DNA from: a virus
Length of the DNA stretch: 64,000 bases
IMG/VR virus record: IMGVR_UViG_3300011187_000003
Coordinates: 1-64,000 of that record
Direction: 5' to 3' (one strand)
Position numbers and translations under genes: made by a program. The notes below the pieces were generated by a model. It was not told the origin of the DNA. It did not search any database and was given only the letters and a program-made list of their open reading frames with translations. This document shows positions 18,801-28,160 of this stretch, piece after piece (position 1 is the stretch's first letter; each line of letters opens with the position of its first letter).

Positions 18801-18945
18801 AGTTTATTAATTCATTCATATCATCAATGCTCTCTTCAGTTTCCTGCTCTGCTGACCTAATTGCCTGTACTACCTTTTCCTTATCATACCTTACAATATC
18901 TCCATCTCTCTTTATTACATTCTCTAACATGTTATTGTCTATCAT
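15835..18945 (-). CDS. nrdJ: Class II (AdoCbl-dependent) ribonucleotide reductase with ATP cone and intein
   Basis: VIKRDG ATP cone, SNCY, GGGAG, RRGA, NP[intein]CAEEPL, GSCLL, TIAPTG, C-terminal CPDC...C..C; no beta subunit gene nearby. Confidence 0.92.
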   Translation of the reverse strand: MIDNNMLENVIKRDGDIVRYDKEKVVQAIRSAEQETEESIDDMNELINSIEEVLVDNFSETNLPNVEQIQDIVEEKLMLFSYIKTAKRYIIYRQERAKKRSESWLTGELPMSIFERKYRIDGESLDEFLNRITEGNNKVKKHIKDQYFMPAGRILANRGLQKRGKKVTYSNCYVITPPKDSIESIFDVSKKLARTFSYGGGAGVDISNLRPKDSIVNNGARKTSGAVSFMPLYSLTTNIIGQRGRRGALMISLDINHPDIEEFIDIKNDLEAVTKANISLKITDDFMEAVANDEEHELYFYVDDTGEEIKREVNARRVFNKIAYSNWNMAEPGFLFWDNIENYNLLSEEDGFEYSGVNPCFTGDMELLTQDGYKRFDELAKLNTRVNVVNKDGKVTSGNVWSNGFKDIVEVNFYNKKSIKCTPDHVFMTNEGKQVEAQYMKGKRTMPYVGKNTMYNSQFTKLGFMQGDASLGRVNSDEHKGIDVHIGENDNDLLELFGVSEDDVYSDNYTYYINEFNDIIDTLGFSTKPLPKRTLPTTFNVWDKTSKLSFIRGLYSANGSVIGSIYNGRVTLKSTSKGLVKEVYEFLEKQGFSPYITTTVKPTNAEFDNGECTCKQSYDLNLRQHDDKVRFLEEIGFVQKYKEDKLIRFIQKTAPYVTSVKKLEKEEVFDFSEPKTHWGVVEGATVHNCAEEPLPAGGSCLLSSLNLSEFVEKPFTDEAYFNFDKFEEVVEDGVKFLNEVLDEGVPLHPLQEQRDSVDKWRQIGLGVMGIADMLIKLNVEYGSEESLDINDSIASKMANTALKTSAELAKEQATYPEYSEDVLKSDYLNSVGTPETIDKIKKYGLRNSQLLTIAPTGSISSMLGISGGIEPIFDLSYTRTTQTLYDEDVEYEVFTPIVEEYMEEMSVYNKDDLPEIFVTAHDLDYKQRINMQSVWQKYIDASISSTINLDNSTTVDEIKDVYKYAWQKDLKGITVYRDGCARSGILSSGDDNSENKVELNDADLIEQGICPDCKGELVNTGGCQECKSCGFSVCSI
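16882..17868 (-). mobile_element. Intein (329 aa) with LAGLIDADG homing endonuclease
   Basis: Starts CFTGD, block B CTPDH, LGFMQGDAS and FIRGLYSANGS, ends VHN before the extein Cys. Confidence 0.93.
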
Positions 18946-19171
18946 CTCCTTTTAAAATTTGTTGTAGTTCTAATAGCTTATCTTCCTCTTCATTGACAAT
19001 TAAAGGGAAGCTAGTATTTTCTATGTCCTCAATTAAGTTAAAATACTTTGACTGCTGTTCTGTACTCAACTCATGTTGCTGGTAATATCTAAATGTAACA
19101 TCAGCTTTATCTAAGAGCTTAATAACCTTAGTACATTCACTATCACCAACAAAGCCAACTACAGTAATCAT
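18932..19171 (-). CDS. Glutaredoxin/NrdH-like protein with a single Cys
   Basis: ITV...DSEC.KV.KLL...V.F...SFPLIV; overlaps RNR start. Confidence 0.55.
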   Translation of the reverse strand: MITVVGFVGDSECTKVIKLLDKADVTFRYYQQHELSTEQQSKYFNLIEDIENTSFPLIVNEEEDKLLELQQILKGDDRQ

Positions 19172-19181
19172 TATTAGCCTC

Positions 19182-20270
19182 CTAGTCTAAAATAATATAA
19201 CTTTGAGGGTCTATTTCAAGACCTCTATAGCTTCTACTATCTTTGCTATTATTGATAATTAAACTATACTTACCTCTCTTGGCATGGTAAATATCATTAT
19301 CAACATGTATTAGCTGTAACTCTGCATCTTTTGAATCTTTCCTTACTTTGATTAACCTATCAATTTTATCTTTTAGGTCATACCTAAAGTAATCATTCCA
19401 AAACACAACTACTGGATTATCTTGAAAAAATATGTAAGCATATGCTAGCTCTTTATTGCTCATTATTGCATCTTCATTAATATCTCTACTTCCTCTTTCA
19501 ATGTCATGGTTAGCAACAAAATTGACCTTTTTGCATGGACTAAAAGAATTACAGTTAGTTAAATTGACTATAGGATAGTCAGGATTCATACACATCTCTT
19601 TTAGCTTATAAAACAATGGGAAATTAAAAGTTGGTATATTTACTTGACTTTGAATACTCTGAAGCTTAACAGTGTCTCCACTCCAGTACTCCCCAACTAT
19701 AAACTCATCTTCAAATTCATTGGTAAACTCATTAACAAAATCTAAATCCATATCTTTAAGGTTGTCAAGGCGAAAACTATCAAACCCTATATCCTCTTTA
19801 AGCCAGCTAGCCCATTGTATTAGGCCATCTTTCATATGTTCATCATCACTGTAGTAATCAATGGTTTCCCCAAAATCACTCACATCTTCATCACCAGACT
19901 TAAAGTGCTTATAGTTTTTAGGGAACTTAGGTTCATCAAACTTAGTATATGTACGACAATCAGTATCAGGGTTATATTCTAGGTCTCCACCTAGCATATG
20001 CCCCATCACTAAATCTGCCATTACTCCAACATCTTCTTCATGGAAGCTGTTGATTAAGTTAGTTAAGGACTCCTTGTCCCCAAAGCGAGAGTTAAGGTTA
20101 TAATGCTCCATTACATCATAACCCATTGACCCTTCTCCATTCATACCCTTTGAGGGTGGTGGGAGCCAAACTGTGTCAAACCCCTTATCAGCTATACCTT
20201 TTGATATGGAGTCTAAATGCCCCCACCAATCTTTCAGGCAGTCCCAGTGGAACGCCTGTAATATTATCAT
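19182..20270 (-). CDS. GH13 alpha-amylase-like glycoside hydrolase
   Basis: LQAFHWD, WLPPPSKG..MGYD, DLVMGH, FRLD, GEYW, FVANHD (catalytic D/E/D present). Confidence 0.9.
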   Translation of the reverse strand: MIILQAFHWDCLKDWWGHLDSISKGIADKGFDTVWLPPPSKGMNGEGSMGYDVMEHYNLNSRFGDKESLTNLINSFHEEDVGVMADLVMGHMLGGDLEYNPDTDCRTYTKFDEPKFPKNYKHFKSGDEDVSDFGETIDYYSDDEHMKDGLIQWASWLKEDIGFDSFRLDNLKDMDLDFVNEFTNEFEDEFIVGEYWSGDTVKLQSIQSQVNIPTFNFPLFYKLKEMCMNPDYPIVNLTNCNSFSPCKKVNFVANHDIERGSRDINEDAIMSNKELAYAYIFFQDNPVVVFWNDYFRYDLKDKIDRLIKVRKDSKDAELQLIHVDNDIYHAKRGKYSLIINNSKDSRSYRGLEIDPQSYIILD

Positions 20271-20276
20271 TTTTAT

Positions 20277-20744
20277 TTACTCCTTATATGGTAAGTCAGT
20301 AATGTTTTCAGTCTCTTCATAGAAGTACTTGCAACCTTCAAGCTGTGCAACTCTATCACTCTTATAAGAGAGTACATAAAAGCTTTTATCATTAATGTTG
20401 TCATAAAGTAAATCTGACTCAACTACTGCTTTTCTATTATGTACTCCACTTGTAATAGTGTCACCTTTATCAAGTTCTTCAACATCTTTTTTCTCAAGTT
20501 TAGTTACTTCTTCTTCTGCATATGTAGTAAATACTCTTCTATTGCACATATTACTTTTAGGAACTAATATAGCTAATTCATCACTATATGCATCAGGCTC
20601 ATCAAGTACTGCTATTACCTCACCTATTGAGCCTGTAATGTTAATTTTTACTGTATCTCCCTCTTCTAATGAGTCCTCAAAAAACTCATCCATAATTTTA
20701 TCTAAACCTACGCCAACTTCCTTACTATTACTGTGTTCTCTCAT
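20277..20744 (-). CDS. Hypothetical protein
   Basis: Coupled ORF with two similar L..GDT+ halves. Confidence 0.7.
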   Translation of the reverse strand: MREHSNSKEVGVGLDKIMDEFFEDSLEEGDTVKINITGSIGEVIAVLDEPDAYSDELAILVPKSNMCNRRVFTTYAEEEVTKLEKKDVEELDKGDTITSGVHNRKAVVESDLLYDNINDKSFYVLSYKSDRVAQLEGCKYFYEETENITDLPYKE

Positions 20745-20962
20745 TATTTACACGCTCCCTTTAAAGTATACTCTGCTACACTTTTGTTGCCTTTTTTTAC
20801 CCTATTAGTCTCAATGTCATGCCCCTCTTGCCTAAGCTTGTAGATGGTAGCTGATAACCTTAAAGCACCATGTTCAATAATAGCCTCATACTGTGTCAAT
20901 GGTGTGCCAGTCTTTAAATGCCCTAGTACCTTTTCCTTAATAGTTTTACCCATAATACCCAC
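20744..20962 (-). CDS. Small HTH protein
   Basis: LT..EA....G..RLSA.I..LR..G..I.T. Confidence 0.8.
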   Translation of the reverse strand: MGIMGKTIKEKVLGHLKTGTPLTQYEAIIEHGALRLSATIYKLRQEGHDIETNRVKKGNKSVAEYTLKGACK

Positions 20963-20991
20963 TCCTTTTTTGATGTTTTTAAAATTTAAAA

Positions 20992-21339
20992 TTATTCATA
21001 ATAAACTTTTTCAATAGTCTCAGTTTTGCGCTCAACCACTTCAACTGTCATTTGGGTTGGCTGTCCCTCTTGCCTCTCTGTAGCTGGTGCCTGCCAATGA
21101 AATAATAAATACTCACCATCTACATCAAATACAACTTGCATATCATAAGACCAACGACCTCTGTACCCTGTTTCCTCTGACAACACTTCTTCTACTAAGC
21201 CTTCATCAAGTAATTCTTGTGCGCCTTCAACTTCTTCTTCAGCGAGTTGACTTATAGCTTGAAACAAAGATTCTTCAGGACAACCACAATAGTCACCAAT
21301 TTTTGTTTCAACCTCTGCTTTTAAAATATTTATATCCAT
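20992..21339 (-). CDS. Hypothetical phage protein
   Basis: RW...V..V.G...ATE.QE pattern. Confidence 0.7.
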   Translation of the reverse strand: MDINILKAEVETKIGDYCGCPEESLFQAISQLAEEEVEGAQELLDEGLVEEVLSEETGYRGRWSYDMQVVFDVDGEYLLFHWQAPATERQEGQPTQMTVEVVERKTETIEKVYYE

Positions 21340-21743
21340 TACTTTACCACCCTTTCTTCAACTTCTTTATGTAGATACTCAACTAAAACCTCTTCATCAA
21401 TTTTATTATCATACTTGATAGTAATTGTATTCTGAGGGTCGTCATCTAAGGAATTAACCTCACAATGTTTCTTTAGCTGGCGCTCTTTTTCTCTTTCCTC
21501 TAGCTCTTGTAATCTTTCTTGTAACCTTTCAACTTTTTGGGATAGATTAGTATTTTCATCATCTACCATATGAAGCTTGTACCCTATCTCTGATATTTTC
21601 ATTTCTAAGTTTTTTATCTTCTCACTACCTTGCCCTACTAGGCCTTGTTTCCTTATTATATATAACTCTTCATCTATTTGGTGAACAATATCTTTTAATC
21701 CCTCAAAATCACTGCTATTTACACCACTACCAAAAATACTCAC
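21339..21743 (-). CDS. Coiled-coil hypothetical protein
   Basis: ORF in operon. Confidence 0.65.
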   Translation of the reverse strand: MSIFGSGVNSSDFEGLKDIVHQIDEELYIIRKQGLVGQGSEKIKNLEMKISEIGYKLHMVDDENTNLSQKVERLQERLQELEEREKERQLKKHCEVNSLDDDPQNTITIKYDNKIDEEVLVEYLHKEVEERVVK

Positions 21744-21764
21744 TCAAATACCCCCAATTATTTA

Positions 21765-22220
21765 TTACATTAACCATTCAAGGTTCCATCCTTTTCCCTG
21801 TCTAGGAAGTTCTATTGCTAACTCTCTAAACATATCCAATGGAATACTTTTTCTATCAATAGTTTGCTCTATCTCTAAGAACTCACCTATCCTAAAGGCA
21901 AAACATTGCCCCTTTTTATTGTCAACCCATCTGAAGTTGACCATTACATAGGCTTTACTATTATCTCCTATCTGCTCAAACTCTTTTAGTCCTTCCCTTT
22001 GAACATCACTTAACCTGCTGAATGGAAAGCTCTTTGGATTTCCACTCTTTCTACCCCTAAGCAACTTCGCTTCAATTCCAATACTTTGCTTATTAGTTAA
22101 GAGTAGGTAATCAAAGGGACTGCTTGAACCTGCATACATTTGAACATCTCTAAACCTCCTGCTCCAAATGTCCTGTTCTTCAGCAGACTTCTTAATATCT
22201 TGTTCAAGTAAATTTGCCAA
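21765..22220 (-). CDS. recU: RecU-like Holliday junction resolvase
   Basis: PFDY, IEAK, SFPFSRL..VQ, RKSIP. Confidence 0.8.
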   Translation of the reverse strand: MANLLEQDIKKSAEEQDIWSRRFRDVQMYAGSSSPFDYLLLTNKQSIGIEAKLLRGRKSGNPKSFPFSRLSDVQREGLKEFEQIGDNSKAYVMVNFRWVDNKKGQCFAFRIGEFLEIEQTIDRKSIPLDMFRELAIELPRQGKGWNLEWLM

Positions 22221-22482
22221 TAATTCTTTCCTCCTCTGTCAAGTATTATTATACAAAATATAATGTATTCTGTCAAACTATACTAAGAATTATTTCAAAA
22301 AAAAAATTTTAAATGTTATTAAACATAGCTATTAAAAACCCTATAATAAATACTCCAATGTAGAATCCACCTACAAGAAGTGTTGGAAGTAAAACAAAAA
22401 TCCAGCCCCAATCAATAACTCCAGCTATCTTAAGCCCTATGAACATTACCTGCAATAATCCTGTGCAACCTAGCTCCATTAC

Positions 22483-22719
22483 TTAATCACTCCTTACTTT
22501 CATTTCCCCTGTAGCTTTTTTGACCCTCTCTACATTTGCATTACTAATCAAATCAGTAATAGCATCAATATAAGCTTCAGCCTTAACTTCACCTTTATCA
22601 TGGTGCCAATCACCATAGTGCTTAGTTTTCATGCCATCAATAAATATCTCAACAGAGCAAAAATCCTTTATAAAATCTTCATCATCTTTCTGATAATGGG
22701 TAATTTTTTTAACCTTCAT
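22483..22719 (-). CDS. Hypothetical protein
   Basis: AAGGAGG RBS, coupled ORF. Confidence 0.65.
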   Translation of the reverse strand: MKVKKITHYQKDDEDFIKDFCSVEIFIDGMKTKHYGDWHHDKGEVKAEAYIDAITDLISNANVERVKKATGEMKVRSD

Positions 22720-23593
22720 TATGATTAGCCCTCCTTAAATAACTTCTAACCACAAGGTCTAAATAAACATACCAATTATCAACAAACAAGAGGTTCCTAT
22801 CATCTATTAATACATCATAAAGTATTTTGCGAGATTCTTTGTAGTTATATTTTTCCCACTCATCCTCTGTTAAAGCATCATTAGAATTAATAGCATCAAC
22901 CTCTATATCATAAACATCTAACCATGTCTTTATTGGTTCAAGGTTGCTTCTGCAAGTCCAAATAACAGTTCTAATTCCAATATAATTAAACAACTTTAAA
23001 GCTGTAACAGCCATAGGCTTAGGTTCACCAATCTGTGGGTAATTTGAATTAACTATAGTATTGTCAAAATCTACAGCAACTACCATACCACTTTCTGAGG
23101 CAAAGTCTTTAACTAATTCAGGTTCAAACTTATCAAATCCCCAACCTTCTTGATTCTTTATATCATCCCTTATGTATGATGTAATACTTCTTTTGTCTAT
23201 GTCAATCTTTCTTGACAAATTTGATGCACTGTAATCTACATAAGTTTTACCTTCAGGAGATTTAGCAATGAAGTAAGTTTGCTCCCCTCTTTTTAATTTA
23301 AAGTTTGCATCTCTAGGTAGCCATATACATGTATCTTTTGAGTATATTTTTGAGCCTTTGCTGGTTTGCAGTAAATCTTTATCAATCTGTAGCTGACCAT
23401 CCATAAATTTATCTAAATCCCAACCAAAAATTTCTTTAGCATCTTCTCTAAAATTAGCATAACACTTCCATCTATCACTAACCTCAACATCTTTATCACC
23501 ATACGACCTATAACTTATATCCCCAACATTATAACACCTAGAAATAATTGAGTGCCAAGTGTCATAAAGTTTCATATTTTTTACTTTTCCCAT
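22709..23593 (-). CDS. HNH-type homing endonuclease domain fused to HAD-like domain
   Basis: W.SIISRCY..SYG...V..RW..YANF, LQIDKD, YS.DTC; C-terminal AVDFDNTIV, WTCR, IDDRN. Confidence 0.75.
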   Translation of the reverse strand: MGKVKNMKLYDTWHSIISRCYNVGDISYRSYGDKDVEVSDRWKCYANFREDAKEIFGWDLDKFMDGQLQIDKDLLQTSKGSKIYSKDTCIWLPRDANFKLKRGEQTYFIAKSPEGKTYVDYSASNLSRKIDIDKRSITSYIRDDIKNQEGWGFDKFEPELVKDFASESGMVVAVDFDNTIVNSNYPQIGEPKPMAVTALKLFNYIGIRTVIWTCRSNLEPIKTWLDVYDIEVDAINSNDALTEDEWEKYNYKESRKILYDVLIDDRNLLFVDNWYVYLDLVVRSYLRRANHNEG

Positions 23594-23977
23594 ATCTCCT
23601 AAACACCCAACTCCATAAACTGTTTTTGTGTATTTATCACGAACCTTACCAGCTTTTAAGTTGTTCTTGTAGCAGACAGTTTCATAACCTGTCTTTAAAA
23701 ACTCAACTCTATACTTTTCTTTTCCAACTTTTTATTTTACTTTAAATTTATCAAAGTTATTGCTTTCAAAGGTTTTGCCTATCAATTTATCTGTTCTATC
23801 TTTTACAGTACCTTTTTTGACAGAATCTCTTCTTGCACTATAACAATATCCTGTATCTAAAAATCTTATATTATAATACTTAATGCCATGCTTATTTTTT
23901 CTATCTATACTTAAAACTTTATAATCATTCCCACTCTTAGAGGTTTTTATTTTATCAGTTAAGTCATCTCCTATAAT
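23594..23977 (-). pseudogene. In-frame N-terminal extension of the HNH-HAD gene interrupted by one TAA
   Basis: Same frame reads ...FESNNFDKFKVK*KVGKEKYRVEFLKTGY...TVYGVGCLGD-M; stop at 23732-23734. Confidence 0.7.
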
Positions 23978-24198
23978 AAATCACTCCTATCATAAAGTTC
24001 TTCATCAAAATAAATCTCATTAATATCTTTTTCTAAAAGCTTGTGATATTCATCTTCCAGCTGGGCGTATGTATGTCTAGCATGCTCAACTTCTCCCCTT
24101 TTCTCTAAGAGATAGTCTTTAACTATTTGCTTCTTCTCATCATCAAGCGCATGCCTAACATCACTCATAACTGTTCTTGCTCTTACCATTAATACCAC
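23971..24198 (-). CDS. Hypothetical protein
   Basis: RBS, ORF in operon. Confidence 0.65.
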   Translation of the reverse strand: MVLMVRARTVMSDVRHALDDEKKQIVKDYLLEKRGEVEHARHTYAQLEDEYHKLLEKDINEIYFDEELYDRSDLL

Positions 24199-24201
24199 TC
24201 C

Positions 24202-24912
24202 TTAAAGTTTATTAATATTTTTGTCAACAACATCTGAAGGTAATAGCTTTAAAACCTTTTCAGCAACCATCTCAGTCCTCTGTACATCTCTTCTGCAGTG
24301 GGTGATTACATCATCAAGCTTACCTTGTTCAATAAGCTCTTTAGTTTTAGCCCCATCTATGTACTCCTCTTGCTGGTAAGGGTCAAAGAAAAACTGGTAA
24401 ACAGATTGTAAATCATTAGAGGAGATTGTTTTGTCCTCTTCATAATCTAACCAGTCAACATTTTTCATTTTAGTTAGTTTTTTATATGTTTTAGGTTTTG
24501 TGGTATACTCAACATCATTTGCTTTTGCTAACTTTTTAACATCAGACGCTCTCAATCTTGACTTTGGCACAGGCTCAGTAACATTGGTGCTAGTATTAAA
24601 ATACCTCTTTACGAGTGGGTAAATATCAATGTGATGTAAACCATCCATTGACCATTGTATCCCCTTTAAGCCTGCCTTAGTGCGCAAGAATGGGAAATCA
24701 AATCCTCCCTGATAATTCTCACCATTGTAGGTAACCACCAAAGTATCCCATCTACTAAGCTGTGACATAAAATTCATTAACCCTTGAAGGGTAGTATTAA
24801 TCTCATTAGCATTTCTTTTCCTTGTCACACTGCAAACAAAGTCATTGTCAATTGCTGATAGGCCAGTAGTTTCAATATCAAAAGTCGTTAAATTCCACCT
24901 TCCAAAACTCAT
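24202..24912 (-). CDS. DnaQ/RNase H-like 3'-5' exonuclease
   Basis: FDIETTG, YNG..FDFPFL, HIDI, HC..DV. Confidence 0.85.
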   Translation of the reverse strand: MSFGRWNLTTFDIETTGLSAIDNDFVCSVTRKRNANEINTTLQGLMNFMSQLSRWDTLVVTYNGENYQGGFDFPFLRTKAGLKGIQWSMDGLHHIDIYPLVKRYFNTSTNVTEPVPKSRLRASDVKKLAKANDVEYTTKPKTYKKLTKMKNVDWLDYEEDKTISSNDLQSVYQFFFDPYQQEEYIDGAKTKELIEQGKLDDVITHCRRDVQRTEMVAEKVLKLLPSDVVDKNINKL

Positions 24913-24985
24913 CCTATCTCCCCTTTTCCTCTTACTATTATTATACACAAATCGTTATCTTTTTTCAACCATTATTTTACACTTA

Positions 24986-25933
24986 TTACAATTTATCTCT
25001 ATTCTTGTAACATTTATCAAAAATACTTTTATCTTCAATATCAGCAATGTCTTTGTATTCTTCAGGCAATTCTATTACTTCAACATTCATCAATGCCAGT
25101 ATCTTTTTAATAGCCTTGTTTCTACCATTCACACCTTCTTCATCTGAATCAAAGCATAGCACAGCAGTGCTTCCCAACTGTCTAAGTATCCATTTTCTCT
25201 CACCTAAGTCATTATTACCTAGAGCTACAGCATTTTTATAACCCCATTGAGCCAACCTCAGTACAGATTTTTCATCCTCAACAACAATCACTTCATTAGT
25301 ATCTAGCTGGCTAACTCTATGTGCATTATAAAATGTCTTTGCTTTACTGCCACCTTTTTTAGTTTTATACTTAGCATCATGCTCATCAGTAACATCTCTC
25401 CCAGCTACAGCAACTAAATCACCATCAATATTACGCCAAGCAAATATTACTCTGTTGTGGAGGTCGTCAAAAGGGTCAGCACTATATCCCACATCATATT
25501 CTTCCAGTATTTCCTGCGAGAAGCCTTTGTCTAGCAGGTATTGGTGAGTATACTGTGAATACTCCTCAACAAGATTTTCATTAATGGTTTGATTATCTTC
25601 TTTGTCAACTAACTCTAGCAATGATTCTTGAGTTTTGGTTTGGCTATCAAAAACTATTTTCTGATTACTAAAACTTTCTCCAGTGATTATCTCTACTGCT
25701 TCTTTAAAGGTCACACCCTCATATTCTCTAACAAAGTCTATGGTGTCACCACTTGCACCACAACCCTGACAATGATAAACATTCTTGTCAGTATTGATAA
25801 AGAGGGAGGGGTCATTGTCGTCATGAAAGGGACAAACAGCCTTATACTCATCCCCCATTGCCCTTTCTATATCTATGTATTGCTCAATCACTCCCTCAAT
25901 TGCTATATCATTCTTTATTTCACTGACCTTCAT
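24986..25933 (-). CDS. dnaG: DNA primase (CHC2 zinc finger plus TOPRIM)
   Basis: CPFHDD..PS...C.GC, VVE, FDSD..G, KD. Confidence 0.93.
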   Translation of the reverse strand: MKVSEIKNDIAIEGVIEQYIDIERAMGDEYKAVCPFHDDNDPSLFINTDKNVYHCQGCGASGDTIDFVREYEGVTFKEAVEIITGESFSNQKIVFDSQTKTQESLLELVDKEDNQTINENLVEEYSQYTHQYLLDKGFSQEILEEYDVGYSADPFDDLHNRVIFAWRNIDGDLVAVAGRDVTDEHDAKYKTKKGGSKAKTFYNAHRVSQLDTNEVIVVEDEKSVLRLAQWGYKNAVALGNNDLGERKWILRQLGSTAVLCFDSDEEGVNGRNKAIKKILALMNVEVIELPEEYKDIADIEDKSIFDKCYKNRDKL

Positions 25934-25935
25934 AG

Positions 25936-26292
25936 TTACACTCTGTCATTTACTTCAGGGTTTTTAGCAACATAGACTTTACTATTGAACTTAATTACCA
26001 CTACATCACCTGAACGAACAGTCATGTCTCCATCATGCTCATATGCCCTTGAGACCATACCATCAATCTCTTCATCACTAAGCTCAACACCAGTAACTGG
26101 TTTGAAATTATCAGGATACACATCCACAGCCTCAACCTCTGGTACTTTGTACATGTTATCATCAGGGCTATTAATAAGGGATACTACATAATCATCTCCT
26201 TTATTATATTCTAACTTTGCATATGAACCTACTAGTTTTTTCCTAACATATGGTAAACAACTATCAACATCCTTAACCAAAACAACTCCCAT
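25936..26292 (-). CDS. Hypothetical protein
   Basis: RBS, ORF between helicase and primase. Confidence 0.65.
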   Translation of the reverse strand: MGVVLVKDVDSCLPYVRKKLVGSYAKLEYNKGDDYVVSLINSPDDNMYKVPEVEAVDVYPDNFKPVTGVELSDEEIDGMVSRAYEHDGDMTVRSGDVVVIKFNSKVYVAKNPEVNDRV

Positions 26293-26325
26293 ATATTATT
26301 CACTCCTCTTAGTATTATTTCACAT

Positions 26326-27720
26326 CTATTGTTCTACAAATAATAATCTTTCTTGGTCTAAATTCATCTCAATACATTCTCCATTGTTAGTGAAGTCATG
26401 CTCACTACCATGTCTATTTTTCTTGATTACAAAAGCATAGTCACCCATCAATAAGTGTTCTTCTCTCTCTTCATTAGAGATTTTCTTTAAGATAGCATAA
26501 GCTGTTGAATGTCTCTCAATATCCTGTGATTCTGCAGAGAACATTTCCTGATATGTCTTTGCCTGACTAGCTGTTGCCACCCAAATACCTAGTGGGTCAG
26601 CGATATCTTCCTTCATTCTATTAACAACATCACCTAACCAGTGGCGTAAAGCTTCATCACTGCCACCAAAGGCAGAACTACGCTTAACATAGTCCCAAAC
26701 AAATCCTTGAATATCATATTTATTTTTGTAGTATCTAGCTCTACGAACAAGTTTATCTGCTGAGTATCCTCTAATTAAGTCTATGTAGATGGGGGATTCT
26801 TCAAGGGTTTTTACTGCATCAAGTACTCTCTTCCTCATCTTTTCATTACCCTTCTTGTTATAAATACCATTCTCTATGTAGTTTGGTGGTAGGCCAGCTA
26901 TCTCAGCTACCATTCTGTCTCTCTGCTCATGTTTAGGCATCTCATTAGCTCCCCAATATACTGGTTTACCATCATCAACACCAACTTTTTTAACTATATT
27001 CTTCAGCATGATTGATTTACCCACACCAGTTTGAGCATTGATTATAAGGACACTACCATCTCTTAATAGCCCCTGTGAAAAGGTATCAACTTGTGGGTAT
27101 GGTGAAGGCTGACCAGTAAATCCTTTATTGTTGACTTCTCTGCTTAGGTACTCATCCCTCATACCTTCAGCAATATGCTCTGCTTGGTGAGTTTGATTAG
27201 TATACTCATCAGTAACCTCAAGTGTTGTCCTCTCAGCAAGGCCTAATACTTCCTCTAAGCTCATCTTTTGATAATCCTGAATAAATTTATCCTTGAGATT
27301 ATCATTCCTTGCTATCAAATCATTAATAGCAACATCTTTCTGAAGGTCTTTTATGTACATATCTATACTACTAGGGTCAACATCAAGCTTCTTAAGTGTT
27401 CTTATGTATTTTGATATTGCCTGTTCAGCATTATCATTCTTGTCACCTAACTCTTCCTCAAAAATTTCTCTAACATTATGGAATTTATCTATATAATTAA
27501 TAAGTGTTACTTCATCAAACCTACCATGCTCCATATCTTTCTTTCTTGCTATGTAGTCCAGTATCTCAAACAATGACCTGTTGTACTCAACATCAGTGTA
27601 CTTGTCAAAATCCTCTTCAGTTAATTCAACCTGATAAATAAGTGGTGGATTCTGAGCAATACAAGCTAAGATGCTTTGTTCAATAATCTTAGTGTCTATT
27701 ATCTCATCCTGCACAAACAT
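26326..27720 (-). CDS. dnaB: DnaB-like replicative helicase
   Basis: AQTGVGKS, NEM, DY, SQ, KNRHG. Confidence 0.9.
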   Translation of the reverse strand: MFVQDEIIDTKIIEQSILACIAQNPPLIYQVELTEEDFDKYTDVEYNRSLFEILDYIARKKDMEHGRFDEVTLINYIDKFHNVREIFEEELGDKNDNAEQAISKYIRTLKKLDVDPSSIDMYIKDLQKDVAINDLIARNDNLKDKFIQDYQKMSLEEVLGLAERTTLEVTDEYTNQTHQAEHIAEGMRDEYLSREVNNKGFTGQPSPYPQVDTFSQGLLRDGSVLIINAQTGVGKSIMLKNIVKKVGVDDGKPVYWGANEMPKHEQRDRMVAEIAGLPPNYIENGIYNKKGNEKMRKRVLDAVKTLEESPIYIDLIRGYSADKLVRRARYYKNKYDIQGFVWDYVKRSSAFGGSDEALRHWLGDVVNRMKEDIADPLGIWVATASQAKTYQEMFSAESQDIERHSTAYAILKKISNEEREEHLLMGDYAFVIKKNRHGSEHDFTNNGECIEMNLDQERLLFVEQ

Positions 27721-27728
27721 CCCTCCTA

Positions 27729-28160
27729 TTAAACTGTTTTTCCTTTTGAATATAAGATATATGATGTATTAATTGTAAAAAGGAGCATCAGATTTCTGTT
27801 AGATAATTTTCCAGAACCATCTAAGTGAAGCTCACAAAAACTATTTATCATAGAGGCATACTTCTTTTTGTCGAGCCTTCTTAGTTTATATGTTTTTTTA
27901 AACTGCAAGAAAAGCTCTATAATTTCTTGCTCATATAACCCTCTTTCTAGTAATAGAGAAATAATATCTTTATTGAAGCTTTGACATGTTGCAGTTATGT
28001 CTATATCAGCCTTAAGATACAAGTCTAAAAGAGTTTTATCTAAGCCTCTTACAACACTTGCTACCATCTCACTAGAGGTAGTTCTGTGTCCTAGCTCACC
28101 AAAATAACCTCTTAAAATATCAATATAGTCATGTGTTAAGCTTCTTGTAGTGGTCATCAT
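27729..28160 (-). CDS. Hypothetical protein
   Basis: Coupled ORF. Confidence 0.6.
   Translation of the reverse strand: MMTTTRSLTHDYIDILRGYFGELGHRTTSSEMVASVVRGLDKTLLDLYLKADIDITATCQSFNKDIISLLLERGLYEQEIIELFLQFKKTYKLRRLDKKKYASMINSFCELHLDGSGKLSNRNLMLLFTINTSYILYSKGKTV

Noticed and set aside
23732-23734. Genome-wide stop-codon reassignment
   Set aside because: Single case; TAA, TAG and TGA all terminate well-conserved genes normally
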